This document shows positions 17,450-31,611 of a stretch of DNA of 64,000 nt, in pieces; positions within the stretch are counted from its first letter, which is position 1; each line of letters opens with the position of its first letter. Position numbers and translations under genes: made by a program. The notes beneath the pieces were generated by a model. It was given only the letters and a program-made list of their open reading frames with translations, was not told where the DNA came from and did no database searches. Source of the stretch: the human T2T-CHM13v2.0 reference genome, Homo sapiens; the NCBI GenBank assembly GCA_009914755.4, contig CP086569.2, positions 8,800,001 to 8,864,000 of the forward strand. The letters are read 5' to 3'.

Positions 17450-20000
17450 CCAGGTGAAAAAAAGGCTGGTTTAAGATATAAGCTCAATAAATTTAGTAGG
17501 TGCAGTTTGCAGACAAAGCGAGAGCATGAAAAGGATTAATATCCTACATGAGTTGCAATGAAAAACAGAACGCATGGCAAGAAACAAATTTTCTGGAGTA
17601 AATAGTGTCTATGTCTGGAGGAGGATTTGTTCAGCCACCTGAGTTGTCCTCTTCAGCATCCCCCAGGTAATGTCTGGCACTTGTGTCATTCATGTTAACT
17701 TCATCATCCGGGGCTGTGGATCTTTCAGGATTCACTCATTTATTCCTGATACTGGGTTGGGTCCTAGTCATGCCATGGTATGGTTTGATGTGTCATGCTG
17801 AAATCCAAAGAGGACCTGAGGGGGTGTGGACACAAGCATACCTTCTTCCCCAGGTTAATAATTCCCTAGGACTGCACCATTCATTACTGTTTACATCTTT
17901 CCATAAAACTGTAGGTTTTATGCCAATAGCATTGAAGGGTCTTTACCCATACTCCCCCCACCCTTTTATTTGATCGTATTTTTAAGGGAGGAGTGGGCAT
18001 GTTTTACTATTTCTTGTCTTTGGGGTTATATGGAATGCCTGCCGGTGGAATACTGGATGCTCCATGTGTGACAAAATTGTTGAAATTGTGAGCTGACATA
18101 AGCTGGAGATTATCAGTGTTAATTTTTGTGGGTCAGCCCATAAATGCAAAAGTGAAAAGAATATGTTTAATGACATATTGAGTTGACTCTCCAGGCAGAG
18201 CATGTGCACTAATTAAATGCGTGTTGGTCTCAATGGATACATGTACATATCTTAGTTTTCCAGATTCAGGGATGTATGTATCATCTGTTTGCCATAACTG
18301 ATTAGGCTCTAGTCCTCCAGGGTTAACACTTGTTGAAGTAGGAAATGTGCCTATGAGGTGGCAATCTGTGCATTGTAGGATAATTTTTTTTACCACTCTG
18401 TGAGTAAGTGGAAATTATTTAGATAAGTTTCTCCAATTTTGGTGGCAAAATTGATGCAATTGGGTGGCTTGGTTAAGCAGTAATGTCATAACATGAAAGT
18501 CTGCTTCATTATTGCCATAAGTCAATGGGCCAGGCAGTGAGCTGTGGACTCGAAGGTTTGTAATAAAAATAGGATATGTATGTTGATCAAGCAATTGCTA
18601 AAGTCAAAGAAAAAGAGCACACAGGTCTGGGCCCAGAGTGGACTTAATTAAGGTCTCTCAAGGTTTTGTAGTAAATAGAGTATGCACAGTCACGTACACT
18701 ACTTATGGCCTGAGTGCAAAAAGTTTCCAAGGCCAGTAGCAGAGCCCCAATCTAAGCTCTCTGAGTGCTAGCAAACCCAGATCAAGTGATTGAATTGTGT
18801 GGTCTCCACCATACTGCTGCTTTTCCATGTTTACCAGACCCATCTGTAAACAGTGTTAAAGCATGAGGTATGGGGATTGACCTCTTTCTGTGGGCAAAAT
18901 TACCAGCATATGAGATAATAAATGAAGGAGTTGATCAGAAGGATGGATGTGCTCTATTTGTCCTGTGTAATCAGAGAAAGCTATTTGCAGATCTATCAAT
19001 AATGGCAATACTGCTTCAAATTGCTTTTTAGTTAAAAGAATCCTGATGACATCAGGATCAGAACCTAGCCACTTATTACATCATTTGCAGCCTGAATAGA
19101 TGACTTTAGTAATTAACTAAATATAGGGAGATAGTGTTTTAGTCCCATTATATGAGCAAAAAATCCATTCTAGGAAGAATAGCCCAGGGACCATTTGTCC
19201 TATTAACCCTTTAGGGGAGTGTTTGCTGGGAAAGATAAACAGCATGTACCATAAAGCCTGGGACTATGTGATCTAGCTGCCTCTGAGAGATGGCGAGTTC
19301 TATTTCCTTGATTTCTCTTTTTGATGTAGTTCTAGTTCTAGTTCCTTGATTTCCCTTTTTGCTGCAGAGGTTAAATATCTGGGATAATCTAGGGCTGGAT
19401 TGCCCTTTAAGATAGAATATAGGTTTTGTAGTTTATCAGTAGAAATCTTCAAAGTGGGGTGGTGCAAATTAATGTCTCTCAGAAATTTTTGATAATCATT
19501 TAAGATGTGTAACTTGCTAGTATTTAATTTAATGTTTTGAGATCTTACTGACAGGGAAGTTAGTATGTACCCAGGATATTTCCAAGGAGAAGACATCTGT
19601 CCTTTCTCAGGTGGAACGATTAAATCTCTTAGCTGTGTATGCTTTATGACAGAGTAATATAAATTTAAAAATATTGGCTCCATTGGGGCTGCAAGTAGAA
19701 TATCATCCATAAAAATATTAATCTTGCAATCAGAAAACTCTCTTCTACCAGGGAGCAAAGCTTGATTTACATGATACTGACACAAGGTAGGACAGTTTAG
19801 CATTCCTTGGGGAAGCACTTTCCAGTGAAATCAACAAGCTGGCTTTTCATTATTGATAGCTGATATGGTAAACACAATTTTTTCTCTGTCCTGGAGAAAT
19901 TGTATGAGAATAATCTTTTCAGTCAATAATGATTACAGGCAAATTTTGAGGAATCAAAGTGGAGGAAGGGGGGCCCTGTTGAAGGGGCCCAATAGGCTGT
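17450..20000 (-). pseudogene. pol: pol (RT, RNase H, integrase) remnant
   Basis: ORF 19300..19818(-) reads MLPQGMLNCPTLCQYHVNQALLPGRREFSDCKINIFMDDILLAA..., matching the betaretroviral RT motif VLPQGMLNSPTICQ...YIDDIL. ORF 18133..18396(-) reads LQCTDCHLIG...NQLWQTDDTYIPESGKLRYVHVSIETNTHLISAHALPGEST, the integrase zinc finger and DD(35)E core. Multiple frameshifts and stops are present. Confidence 0.8.
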
Positions 20001-21040
20001 AAATTAGCATTAATAGCATGTAAGTCATGCAAAATTCTCTATTTCCCAGACTTTTTGGGAATGACGAAAATGGGTGAATTCCAGGGGCTGTGAGAGATTT
20101 GATATGCCCAGCCTTCGATTTCTCTTCAACTAATTCATGAGCCTTCTGTCATTTGTCTCACTTCAGAGGCCACTATTCTTCCCAAATCGGATCTTGAGAG
20201 ACACATGTCAGGGGTAGAGGAGGAATAACAACAGTGGCCATTGTCATAAAGGGGTATGCAGAGTGATCTCCTCACACACACTGGGCTAATAGGTCCTGCC
20301 CCAAAAGATTAACAGGATGGGCATGATTAGAGGTTGTATAACTGTTGTTCTTACTTCAGAATCGCAGCATGTTATGGGAAGCATGCTCTGCTTGGCTGTG
20401 TGCACTTTGTAGATGCAGAAATTTTCTGTTTTTGAGTGATCCAAGGCCAAGTTTCTGGCCAGTTCTGATCACTAATGATTAAAATGTTCACTCCTGTGCC
20501 CAATAAGCCAGTAAAATTCTTATGTCCAATTTTTAAAAGTAATCATGGGTCTCTGATCAGTGATTAATTGATTCCAATACACTCTCATGGCTCCTGTGCA
20601 TCCAAAGCATCCCTTTCGCTTTTCCTTTCCATGGGCATTGAGGACCCAGTATGGTAAAATCAGTAACTGAGCTATCTTTGATCCAGGGGGAGGAATATGC
20701 AGACCTTTACATTCCATCATAACCAATATCTCACCCTGATAATCACTATCAGTTACCCCATTGGGCACATTAATTCCTTGACTGGGTAGGCTAGACTGCC
20801 CTAGGACTAACCCCACTGTTCCCAGAGGCACCGGGCCCCAGATCCCAATTGCAAAACTTTTAGAGTCTTCTTCTTTTAGCACTAATTCACTGGGGCAGAG
20901 TAAGTCCAGTCCTGTGCTCCCAGTTGTGGCTGCTCTGAAAGAGAAGACTATGGGCTTCCCATTTGACCAAGGAAAGCTTCTGGCATTGCCCCAGTTGGGA
21001 GTGGTGCCTGGAGCTGATCCCTCATGAAGTTTCTGAATGG
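20000..21040 (-). pseudogene. pro: pro remnant with N-terminal dUTPase domain
   Basis: ORF 20520..20882(-) reads LGQSSLPSQGINVPNGVTDSDYQGEILVMMECKGLHIPPPGSKIAQLLILPY...GKEKRKGCFGCTG. These are dUTPase motifs 3-5 in the position typical of betaretroviral pro. Confidence 0.8.
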
Positions 21041-22150
21041 TTTCTTATGGAGTTGCTGTTTTTATCAAATTTAGACCTGCATTGATCTGCCCAATACTTC
21101 CCCTTCCTACTTCGGGGACATAAAGAGGTGGATTCTCTCCCTTAGTTACCTTGATCTTTACTATGGGGACATTCCCTTGACATATGGCCTGACTCTCCTC
21201 ATAAACACAATTTTGATCTCTCTCCCTTTTCACTTTAGGAGGCCTTAATGCCATAGCCAATATTTTGGCTTTGTGTATCTCAGTTCCTACCAGCTGAAAT
21301 GCTGGTATTAGCTCCCCAACAGTGGTGGCCTTTCCTCTGATTGCCTGCATTGCCTGCTGGCGATCCACATTAGCATTTTCAAAAACCAGTTGCAATGATA
21401 AGATATCAGTGGCCTGGGCATGACTAATTTGTCTCTTAATTGCCTGGGTTAACTGATTGATAAACTCAACAAATGGCTCCTGAGGCCCTTGTCAAACATT
21501 TACAAAAGATCCCTGCTGAATTCTGCTTTCAGGAATTTGGTCCCAAGCCCTGAGAGCACACAGAGGGACATCAGCATAAGCCTGGAGATCAAAATTTAGT
21601 TTTTATTGCACATCGGCATGAGGACCCCTTCCCTGGAGCATATCAGCTGTTATATTTTGCCTGGCCACCTGATTCACCAGGAGAGGCAATACGGCAAGTA
21701 ACGTTTTCTCCTTCTTCCCCTTTTTAGGCTCTTCTGTGTATAATGAGACTAAAGCCATCCTTACAGGGGCCCATAGTGTTAAAGATGATACTGGGACCCA
21801 TTGCCCTTGTGCATCATGCTGTTTAAGATTTCTCCCCACCTGTTACCAGAGTTCTACCTCTAGCATTCCTTCTTCTGGGAACCATGGATTATGTGAGACA
21901 GTAGTTTGCATTAGTTTTCTTAAGTGAGTCCATGAAGCTGATGCTCTGGTAGCATTAAGCAACTATTTCAACATTTTATATACTGTTTCTGTAGAGCTGG
22001 TAACTATTGTCCCATGATGAAACCTCAGCCTGACCAATCCCCTCCGAACTTGGAAATCCCAAGTGGACACCAATGACTTCCTGTTTTACTGACTTAACCA
22101 CACTGTCTTCTTCAACCTTTGTTTTCAGGGGGTCCATTGCACCTCCTTTG
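21040..22150 (-). pseudogene. gag: gag remnant (capsid C-terminus and degenerate nucleocapsid; matrix/N-terminal half missing)
   Basis: ORF 21045..21395(-) reads LQLVFENANVDRQQAMQAIRGKATTVGELIPAFQLVG..., the capsid ...ELMAYENANPECQSAIKPLKG... region. Only ~580 nt lie between the 5' LTR and the capsid C-terminus, so the matrix region is deleted. Confidence 0.75.
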
Positions 22151-22177
22151 CCATGTTCTTCACATGGGGGTGCTGGC

Positions 22178-22664
22178 TGTGGGGGTCTGTCTTGCAGACC
22201 CTGACTCAGTGATGGATGAATAAAGTACACTGACACACAGATATTCTGCTTTGTCAGTTCAACTAAGCATCTGGGCCACTTAGAGTATCCACACAGAATG
22301 CACTAAACAGTTGCAACTGCAGCCTCAAACAGCCAGCAAGACTTTCATCTGTACAGTAAAGATTAATTGACAAAGGTCTGAGTAAACACCACTAGAGGGT
22401 AATTGACATTGCAGACTTCCCAAGTAGAAAGGAATTAAGCACCTGCAGTAGATCAAAAGTTAGTCTTCTTACCACATGAGTAAAGAAGCCAGTTAGATAA
22501 ACTACCCTACCTTCCTTTGTATGCACTTTAACCTATCTACTCAAGGTAAGGATTAGTTTGCCTTCAGCCATAACCTTATCCTGAGACTTTTACAAAATCC
22601 TTCAGGCTTTGCAAGAAGGTTTGTGACTTATAATTTTCCCCACCATCCTGACTGAACCCCTACA
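22178..22664 (-). repeat. Provirus 1 5' LTR (~487 bp)
   Basis: Direct repeat of 14002-14500. Minus-sense it starts TGTAGGGGTTCAGTCAGGATGGTGGGGAAAATTATAAG and ends ...GACAGACCCCCACA. Confidence 0.7.
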
Positions 22665-22670
22665 AAGTTC

Positions 22671-25600
22671 TGGTGGGCTCCTAGAGGTGAGATTGAGAAT
22701 GTGACCTCTGAGGAGGTGTGGTACACATGAAAAGAACTGTTTGAGTTTTCAAATGTATATAAATAGTCTGGGAACAGGCATGGGAACAGATAGTATAGGT
22801 ATGAGAAAATAGTGGAAAAAAAACCAGAATTGTGTCAGGCTGAATTTATTGATCAGGGCTCACTAAGTAGGCTCTCTGCATTTAAAGCTGCAGCTCAAGG
22901 AGTTTAAAACAAGTTCTAATAATTTATTTGCTTGATTAAATGAAATATAAATAAAAAGATGGCCTACTGTGAGTGGGCTATAAATGTCTGCTCTTTATTG
23001 GTTTAATGTAAAGGAAGACATCCAAAGGCCTAGGGAGATTTGGATGGTGGAGTGGATTTGTCACTTTAGACATACTCACCCCAGTTGGGAGGGTTCAAAA
23101 GATACACCCTTGATCAGTCCCTTGTGAAATAGACTTGTGAGATCAGAGCCTGCATCTTTGAAGAGGCCTGTAATTTTTCTTCTCTGTATGTCAGATCTAA
23201 GGGTGGAAACTACAGTAACTAAACTACCAAATTTAAACACAATGGGAATAATTGTATCCTGATGTGGAAAGGGAAATGACCAGACTTTTCAGGGACTGCT
23301 GGACACAGTCTATGAGTTGATGTTGATTCCAGGGGACAAAAAACATCACTGTGGTCCTTCAGTTAAAGTAGGACCTTATGAAGGTCAGGTAATTAATAAA
23401 GTTTTAGCTTCAGTCAGACTTAGAAGGGGTTCAATGGGTCCCTAGACTCATTCTGTGGTCCTTTTCCCAGTGCCAGAATGCATAATTGGCATAGGCATAA
23501 TTGGCATAGACATACTTAGCAGCTGGCAGAATCCACCATTTGCTCCCTGACTTGTAGGGTAGAGCTAGTATAATGGGAAAGGTCAAATGGAGGCCAGTAG
23601 AGCTGCCTATGCCTAGAAAAATAGTAAATCAAAAACAATATCAATTTTTTGGAGAGATTGTGAAGGTTAGTGACACCATCAAGGACTTGAAAGGCATAGG
23701 AGTGGTAATTAGCAACACATCCTCTTACAACTCTCCCATTTGTCTGATGCAGAAGACAGATGGATTTTGGAGAATAATAGCAGATTACCGTAAGCTTAAC
23801 TGCATGGTGACTCCAATTGTACCTGCTGTACCAGATGTGGTTTTATTGTTTGAGCAAATTAATACATCTCCTGGTACTTGGTATGCAATAATTCACTTGG
23901 GGAAAATACCTTTTTCTTCATTCCTGTCCATAAGGCTCACGTGAAGCAATTTGCCTTCAGCTGGCAAGGCCAGTAATATGCCTTTATTGTCCTACCACAG
24001 GGGTATATCAACTCTCTCTCTCTGTGTCATAATCTTATTTAAAGAGCTCTTGACTGCTTTTGGCTTCTGCAAGATAGCACACTGGTCCATTACATTGATG
24101 ACTTTATGCAGATTTTACCCAGTGAACAAGAAGTAGCAAACACACTGGACTTATTTATGAGACATTTTTGTACCAGAGAATGGGAAATAAATCTGACTAA
24201 ATTTCAGGGACACTTTATCTCAGTAAAATTTCTAGGTGTTATAAGGTAAATAACAAGTTGCTACATTAGGCACCTCCTACAACCAAGAAAGAGGCAAAAT
24301 GTCTAGGGAACCTATTTGGATATTGGAGGCAACACATTTCTCATTCAAGTATCTTACTCTGGCCCATTTATTTAGTGACCTGAAAGCCTGCCAGTATTGA
24401 GTAGTGTCCAGAACAGGAGGAAGATCTGCTGCAGTTCTAGGATGCCATGCCAGCTTCTCTGCCACTTGGGCCATATGACCCAGCAGATCTAATGGTGCTT
24501 AAGGCATCATTGGTAGATAAGGTTGCTGTCTGGAGGCCTTGCCAGGCTCCCACAGGTGAATCACAGGATTGGTCTCAAGTGTTTTGAAGAAAAGCTCCAT
24601 CATGTTCTGCAAATAACTGTTCTCCTTTTGAGAGACAGCTCTTGGCCTGTTACTGGACTTTGTTGGAAACTGAACGTTTGACTATGGGTCATCAAGTCAC
24701 CATATGAACTAAATGGCCTATCATGAAGTGCTTGATTTCTTAACCATCTAGCCACAAAATGGGTTGTGCACAGCAGCATTTCATCACCAAATGGAAGTGG
24801 CATATATGTGACCATGCTTGAACAGGTCCTGAAAGAACAAGTAAGTTATATAAGGAAGTGGATCAAAAGTCCATGTCTCCACTCCTGCCACCCTGCCTTT
24901 TCTCCTTCAACTTGCAATCATGGTCTCAAGAGGATTTCCCTATGATCAACTGACAAAATGAGAGAAGACTATGGCCAGGTTCCATTTGGTTCTGCACAAT
25001 ATGCAGCCACCGCCTGAAATTAGACAGCTGCAGCACTACAGCTCCTTTTTAGGATGTTCCTAAAAGACAGTGGTAAAGGGAAATCTTCCCAATGGGCAGA
25101 ACTTCAAACAGATGTATGATTATATACTGATTCTTTAGCTATAGCAAATGGTTTGGCTGGATGATCAGGAACTTGGAAGAACCATGATTAGAAAATTGGT
25201 GACAAAGCAATTTTGGGAAAAGGTATGTGCAGGGGCCTCTCTGAGTGGTCAGAAACTGAGGATATTTATGTTTCACGTGAGTGCTCACCAGCAGGTTACC
25301 TCAGCAGAGAAGGAATTTAATTATCAAATGGATAGAATGACCTGTTCTGTGGACACCACTCAGACTCTGTCCCAAGCCACTCCTGTCATCACCCAATGGG
25401 CCCATAAACAAAGCGTCTATGATGGCAGGGATGGAAGTTATGCATGGGCTCTGCAAAATGGACTTTTATTTACCAAGGGTGACTTGGGTATGGACACTGA
25501 TGAATTCCCCATTTGCCAGCAATGGAGACAAACACTGAGCCCTCAATATGGTGCCATTTTTGTAGGGTAATCAGCCAGCTACCTGATGGCATGTTGATTA

Positions 25601-26200
25601 CATTTGACCTCTTCCATTATGGAAAGGGAAGAGGTTAGTACTCAAAGTAATATACACTTATTCTGGATATGGGTTTTCCTATCCTGCATGCAATGTTTCT
25701 GCCAAGACTACCATCTGTGGACTCATAAAATGCCTTATCCACCATCATGTTATTCCACAAAACATTGGCTCTGACCAAGGCACCCACTTTATGACTAAAG
25801 AATTGTGGCAGTAGGCTTCTGATTATGGAATTCACTGGTCTCACCATGTTTCTCATCATCCTGAATGGGATCCATTGAATGATTCCATTAAACTGGAAGT
25901 TAAGATTGCCCCCTTAGCATTTTGGGATCCTCCTACTTTTCAGCTATCATGCTAAGAAAGGAGTTACAGTTTTGGCTGTGGTGATTGACCTGAACTATCA
26001 AGATAAAATCAGTCTACTACTCTACAGTGGAGGCAAGGAAGAGTAAGCATGTAATATAGGAAATCCATCAGGGTGCCTGTTAATATTAACATGCCCTGTG
26101 ATTAAGGTCAGTGGATAACTACAGCAGCCTAATCATGACAGGAATACAAATGGTCCAGACTCTTCGGGAATTAAGGTTTGGGTCACTCCACCAGGAAAAA
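22671..26200 (+). mobile_element. ERV-L-like (class III) internal region: pro, pol (RT, RNase H, IN) and post-integrase dUTPase, all pseudogenised
   Basis: ORF 23573..23944(+) is RT (SPICLMQKTDGFWRIIADYRKLNCMVTPIVPAVPDVVLLFEQI), continuing ...VLPQGYINS...LVHYIDDFM. ORF 25148..25570 carries the RNase H/IN zinc finger (HVSAHQ...AHKQSVYDGRDGSYAWA...EFPICQQ). The IN core reads ...FSYPACNVSAKTTI...SDQGTHFMTKELWQ. A dUTPase-like segment lies at ~25900-26200 (GCGD, VIKVNG, IKVWVTPPGKK) after IN, which is typical of ERV-L. Confidence 0.75.
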
Positions 26201-26540
26201 AAAGAAAAGAAAAAAGAACAAACAACACCTGCTTAGGTGCTTGCTGAAGGCAAAAGAAACACAGAAAAGTTGGTAGAATAAGGTGGTCATCAATACCAGC
26301 TATGACCACATGACCAGCTGCAGAAATGAGGACTTTAATTGCCCTAAGTAGTTCCTCCTTTTGTTAAAAAAATGTTTGTGCCTGTATACACATGTACAAA
26401 TACCTTTATTTTTCATTTTCTTTATCATTTGACATAAGATTCATTGGCCTCACATTAGTACTGAAGTATTCTTAACTTTACATAATAGTATTTGGGTTGA
26501 GGATTGGGATGCTCCTGGTTGTACAAAGGATAGTTGTATT

Positions 26541-27027
26541 ATGTTAGGTGTAATTATGACCTCATTACTGTCTTTATTTGAAGATTATGTATGATCTTAG
26601 GAGATGTGTATGGGTTCAACTTGACAAGAAGTGGAGTTGTGATAGTTAAAACTGAGTGTTGACTTCATTGGATTGGGGGATACAGAGTACTAATCCAGGG
26701 TGTGTTTATTGGGTGTTTCCCCCAAAAAACTAACATTTGAGTAAGTGGGCTGAATAAGGCAGATCTACCTTAATCTACTGGGCACAATATAATCAGCTTA
26801 TAGTGAATATAAAGCAGGCAGAAAAATGTGAAAAGGAGAAATAGGCCTAGCTCCAAGCCCACATCATTCTCCCATGCTGGATGCTTCCTCCCCTTTTACA
26901 TTGAGGTCCAAGTTCATCAGTTTTGGGACTCAAACTGGCCCTCTTCACTGCTCAGCTTGTAGGCAGCTTTTTGTGCTCGTGTAAGAGTTAATACTTAATA
27001 AACTCCTCATATATGATATGCTCCACA
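26541..27027 (+). repeat. Putative ERV-L 3' LTR (MLT2-like)
   Basis: The segment is TG...CA-bounded and ends ...gtgtaagagttaatacttaataaactcctcatatatgatatgctccaca, with AATAAA near the 3' end. It lies ~350 bp downstream of the ERV-L dUTPase. Confidence 0.35.
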
Positions 27028-30000
27028 TGTAAACTAATTGAGCACTATAAATGTGGTTAACTACTATGTTGCTGCTAGCTGCTAAGGTCCTGAAACAAAT
27101 TTTTATTCAAACGTAAAAGATTTGACATTGTATGAACAAACCTCCTTTTTGGATTTATCTTAATGTATATATTTTTCATATTCCTTATATTTTTATATTA
27201 CAGCAATTTCCTCATTTATTTGTTTTTATTTTATCTTATTTTCTAATATAAATTTTTCTGAATGTGTTTATTTTGGGTTATTTTAAAACAAGACAAAGCA
27301 TAAGTTATTATGATCAAAGATGCCCACTGTGCAATCTTCTATCAAGTAATTTTTTAAACAGAAGAAGGTACTTGAGTATTAAGTCTCTTCAACAACTTTA
27401 GCAAAAGCACGATTTCTGTAACACTGGCATATTCTTCGAAATCTTAGTTTTCATTTGGCTTGCTTATTGTAATATCTTAGCAACTTTTGTGTCATAAGAC
27501 ACATTTAATATTTGTCATATGATAAATATGAAGAATGTGTGTGCATAATGGAGTGTGCCAATGCACATGTGTGCATGTGTATTATGTATGTCTTCCAGCT
27601 GTAGTCAAGATTAGTTCTATCCTAGAAGCCACTGATTGAGTTTTCTCCCTCAGTACCCCAAAACAGAGGTGGCTTAGGGTTTTATTTTGCTATATTAGCA
27701 TTTTATGGAAATATTTTAAAAGTAATTGGAATGAAAAGGGGAGAAAAAGAAATATATGCTTTAGTTTCTACCCATTGATTAACTGAAGTGACCTCACTTT
27801 GCTAACACTTACCCTAACTTGAATCAACAGAACTTTACAAAAGCTTCCTAAAATCCTTCTGATTTACAGAAAGCAAAGATTGAGTTAAGAAATCTTAAAA
27901 ATATAAAATCAAAGTGTTCTGAAACTGTGCTTTTAAAAATAATTTTCTGTAAAGATGCTTCAACACTGTTAATGTCTCAAAGGTGCCTAAGACTCTAGAT
28001 TTTAAGATATTTAGCAGCATTTCTAGCCTTTCAGCACTAGATGCTAGTAACAACCTTACCAATTCCACTTCCAGTCATCAAGAGGCATAAAGTAAAACTA
28101 TTTTAAACCTACTGACCTACAGAAACCCTAGACATTCACATGGACTGTCTGGTACCTCTGTTGGCTTACCATCTATAATCCTTCCCCTTCCACAGTCAGC
28201 TACGACCACAGTGACCTGGCTGTTTTGCAAGCAATCTAAGCAGAACTCTGCCAGAAATCATCATGCCTCTTAATCTTGCTGCATACTTACATAATTATGT
28301 TCTTATTTTATTTAGATATGAACTTGCAAGTCACTTTGGAGACAAATTACTGTATACCTGTTTTACATAAAACCAAAATGTACTTTATAATAGAGAATCT
28401 TGCCTCATGCATTTTATATGGAATTGATAACCTCAATTAATCAAATGCAAACAAAAAACTTTATATGCACCATAACCACTAAAACAAAAACATAACTTCC
28501 AGGATCCCAAATTATAAGTGTAATATTCAATGTAAGTGTTTTAAATAACATTTTTTATGGGACAAAAATAAGATCTAAATAAAAATGGACTCTGAGATTA
28601 GAAAACAATCAGTGCTTTATAAATAAAAATGAAAGCAAAACTATAGGGAAGATAGCTTCAAACCATTCAAAGAAACATCAAACCAATAAAAAAGTGTCTG
28701 GAACCTGGAAATCAACAGTTTCTATGAACCAAGCTCACAATCAAGGGAGACAATTTTAAAATTATAAATGTTTTTTTTTATTGCCATAGTGCCTCCTAGG
28801 CACATATAAAGCCTTCAAAACTGAAATTTGTATTTTTAATTTGAGGCCCAGATTCCTGATTCAGGAACAAGTAAAGAAGTCTTTATGTGCTAATTTATTG
28901 TGTTTACCTAGGAGGTAATGAAGAATTGATAAAACACATTTATTTCAGTTTTGCCTAAGTAAGAACCCACTCTTGGTTGAAAATGCCAAGAATTGGTCAC
29001 AAATCTTTATGTTGTTGAGAGAAAAGAATACAGTTATTTCATACAATAGACAATTGATTAATAGAGATTCAGATTTTTTAATGATAGTTTTCATATTGCT
29101 CTCATTCAGAATGATAATGGAATGCATGCTAAGCTTTCAATAACTAAGAAAACACCTTGGAGATATGAAGAAAATATATAACTGGTAAAATAATACTCAG
29201 GCAAAAAATGTGTAGATAAAAGCTAAAGGAATGTGTGACTAATCCTTCTCTAAGGAAAGTAGTGTTACTTTTACAACACTGGCAAAGTTAGCTATTACTA
29301 TTATACTTCTGGTAGGCAGCTATTACATAGAAAACTACAAATCTATTTTAATGGACACTCAATGTGTACAGATACAATCTGAGATAATAATATAAATTGA
29401 GAAGGATAGAAAAGCCCAAGAGCAGCATACTTTTATTATTAAAATTAAATTTTAGATAATTCAATTGACTTAATATTCTTCAAAGTAGGTGATTTAATGT
29501 GTAGAATATTACAAGAAGTCCCAAATATAACTAATTATAATATAAAAATACTGAAAAGAATAAACTAAGAAAATAACCAAATTTTTAAAATGATCAACAG
29601 AGGAACTGAGGATCCAATAAGATAGAGAACATATGGGAAACAAGGAAATAAATGTTAGAGTAATTATTTTTTTTACTTGTAATAACTTTAAATATGAGCT
29701 CTTGCATAACAAAGGCAAAGAATGGTGAAAATGCACCTTTAAAGAAGGACTTAACTTATATGATTTCTACCCAAGTCTTACTTTAGGTGCAAAGACATGG
29801 AGATTTAAAGTAAAATGATACAAGTTCTGGGAAAAGCATGAGAGTGGACTATAGAACACTATATATCTGTCTCTTCAAGTGGCAGACTCGGTATGATGCA
29901 ATTAGTTTGGAACTCCAGAGTCTATCTGAAGGTATACCATTTCCAAAAGAAGCTTTGCATAGTAAACAATTAAATTTGATCATATTTTAGTGTAGATCAC

Positions 30001-30419
30001 CAGCAGCTATTTATTTTTTATCAGCTACTGCAGTGATGTGCTACCTTGCAAATACTTCTGGAGCAGCTAGCAAGAGCCAGGATAAACAAAAAGAACTCAG
30101 TCCTCCAAATCTCAGGAGGACTTGGGCATCAATTGCTGCTTCTGATTATGGCCGTCCCGACACAGGGAACAAGTCATGATTTCATTCCCCAAACCTTTCG
30201 CAGGCTTTTCCTCCTCCTCCTCAAGCAACTTTCAGAAGATTTAAAGAGCCAGAACATTTTTTTTTCTAATTTTCCATTTTTTTATCTTAAGAGACCTACA
30301 ATTATGGACAAAAATATTAAAAAGAAAATATATGTACATGAAACTTTAGAATAAAATTTGTTGTTAACCATATGTGCCCCCAAATGGTGCACACTCAAGA
30401 AAGACCCAAGAATAAGTTG

Positions 30420-31590
30420 AGTAAGACTGACTGCCAGGACAGAAATAACTGACATGAGGAATAAAAAAAAACCCTAGCAAATCACAGGGGGAGAAAATCT
30501 GATTTTCAAAGTTTTAGCGTTTTAAAATTTGAACGCCTCTTTTCAACACCAACAAAATCACAAAGCAAAAAGTTAAATAAGAAAGTACGGATCATCCTAA
30601 GAAAAGAAAAATCACTAACAGAAGCTTTTCATAGAAAGCTCAAATGGCACGCTTTCTAAAAAATAATTTTAAAAATTAATGTCCTTAGGAAGCTACTAGA
30701 ATAAACAAAATGATTCTCCTGCCTCGACCTTCCAAAACAAAGAAATTCATGAACAAAAAATGTTAATAAAGAGAGAGTAAACTTATTTTTAAAATTAAGA
30801 AAAAATTATGGACCTAGAAAGGAAAACAAATGACATAGAAATTTTCTACATACATTTAAAAGGAGACTTGAGCAGATAAAAGAACAAAATGTTGGCAAAC
30901 CTAGAAGAAGGGCAGTTGAAATTATTAAGTCAGAAAGAGAAAAAGAAATAAAGAAATGTGAACACAGCCTAGATCCAGTAGGACACGATCAAGGAGATCT
31001 ACTTATGCATTTTGAAAGTTCAAAGAGAAGAGACAAAGAAACAGGGAGACTAAAAATACAGTGGTCAAGAATATAACACATTTGAGGAAATAAACATCTA
31101 GGAAGAGCAACAAACTCCCATTAAGATAAACTCAAAGAAACACACTCAAACCTACATGATAATTATACTAAAACAAAGACAAAGAGAATCTTGAAAGCAG
31201 CAAGAGAAGTGACTAGTCATGTAAAAAGAACCCTCAAAAATAATCAGCAGATTTCTTATCTAGAAACTCAGAGGTCAGAAAGCAGAAGACTAATATTTTC
31301 CAAGTAATGTAAGAAAAGACTTTCAAATACAAATCTTACGTCCAAATAAAGTCCATCAAACATGAGGGAGAAATTATGACATTCCAAAATATAAGCTGGG
31401 GTCTTTTTAGATAACCCTTTAAGAAATGCTCTATGGAGTATTTCAGGATAAAATGAAAGGACACTGAACAGCAGTATAAATAAATAAAGATTACGGTAAA
31501 GATAAATATGTGATTATTATCAATTATGAAAGAGAAAAAATTAACAATGTGCATCTTCGTAATTTGCTCTCCACAAAATCGACAATAGAA
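30420..31590 (+). mobile_element. Ancient LINE-1 (L1M-type) ORF1 region fragment
   Basis: Translation gives L1 ORF1-like RLEQIKEQNVGKPRRRAVEIIKSEREKEIKKCEHSL......KTKRILKAAREVTSHVKRTLKNNQQISYLETQRSESRR..NIFQVM.EKTFKYKSYVQIKSIKHEGEIMTFQN (compare DKERILKAAREK...RREWHDIFKVLKEKNLQPRILYPAKLSFKSEGEIKSF). Confidence 0.55.
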
Positions 31591-31611
31591 TTTTATTTTA
31601 AAAAAAGTGAA

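Noticed and set aside
22155-22177. Candidate primer-binding site of provirus 1 immediately inside the 5' LTR
   Set aside because: The 18-20 nt following the LTR (minus-sense GCCAGCACCCCCATGTGAAG) does not begin with TGG and does not match any tRNA 3' end I can recall (Lys, Ile, Met, Phe, His, Trp). It is left unannotated. Likewise the candidate PBS of provirus 2 (TGGTATCAGCAAGTGGCA around 44718-44735) could not be matched to a tRNA from memory.
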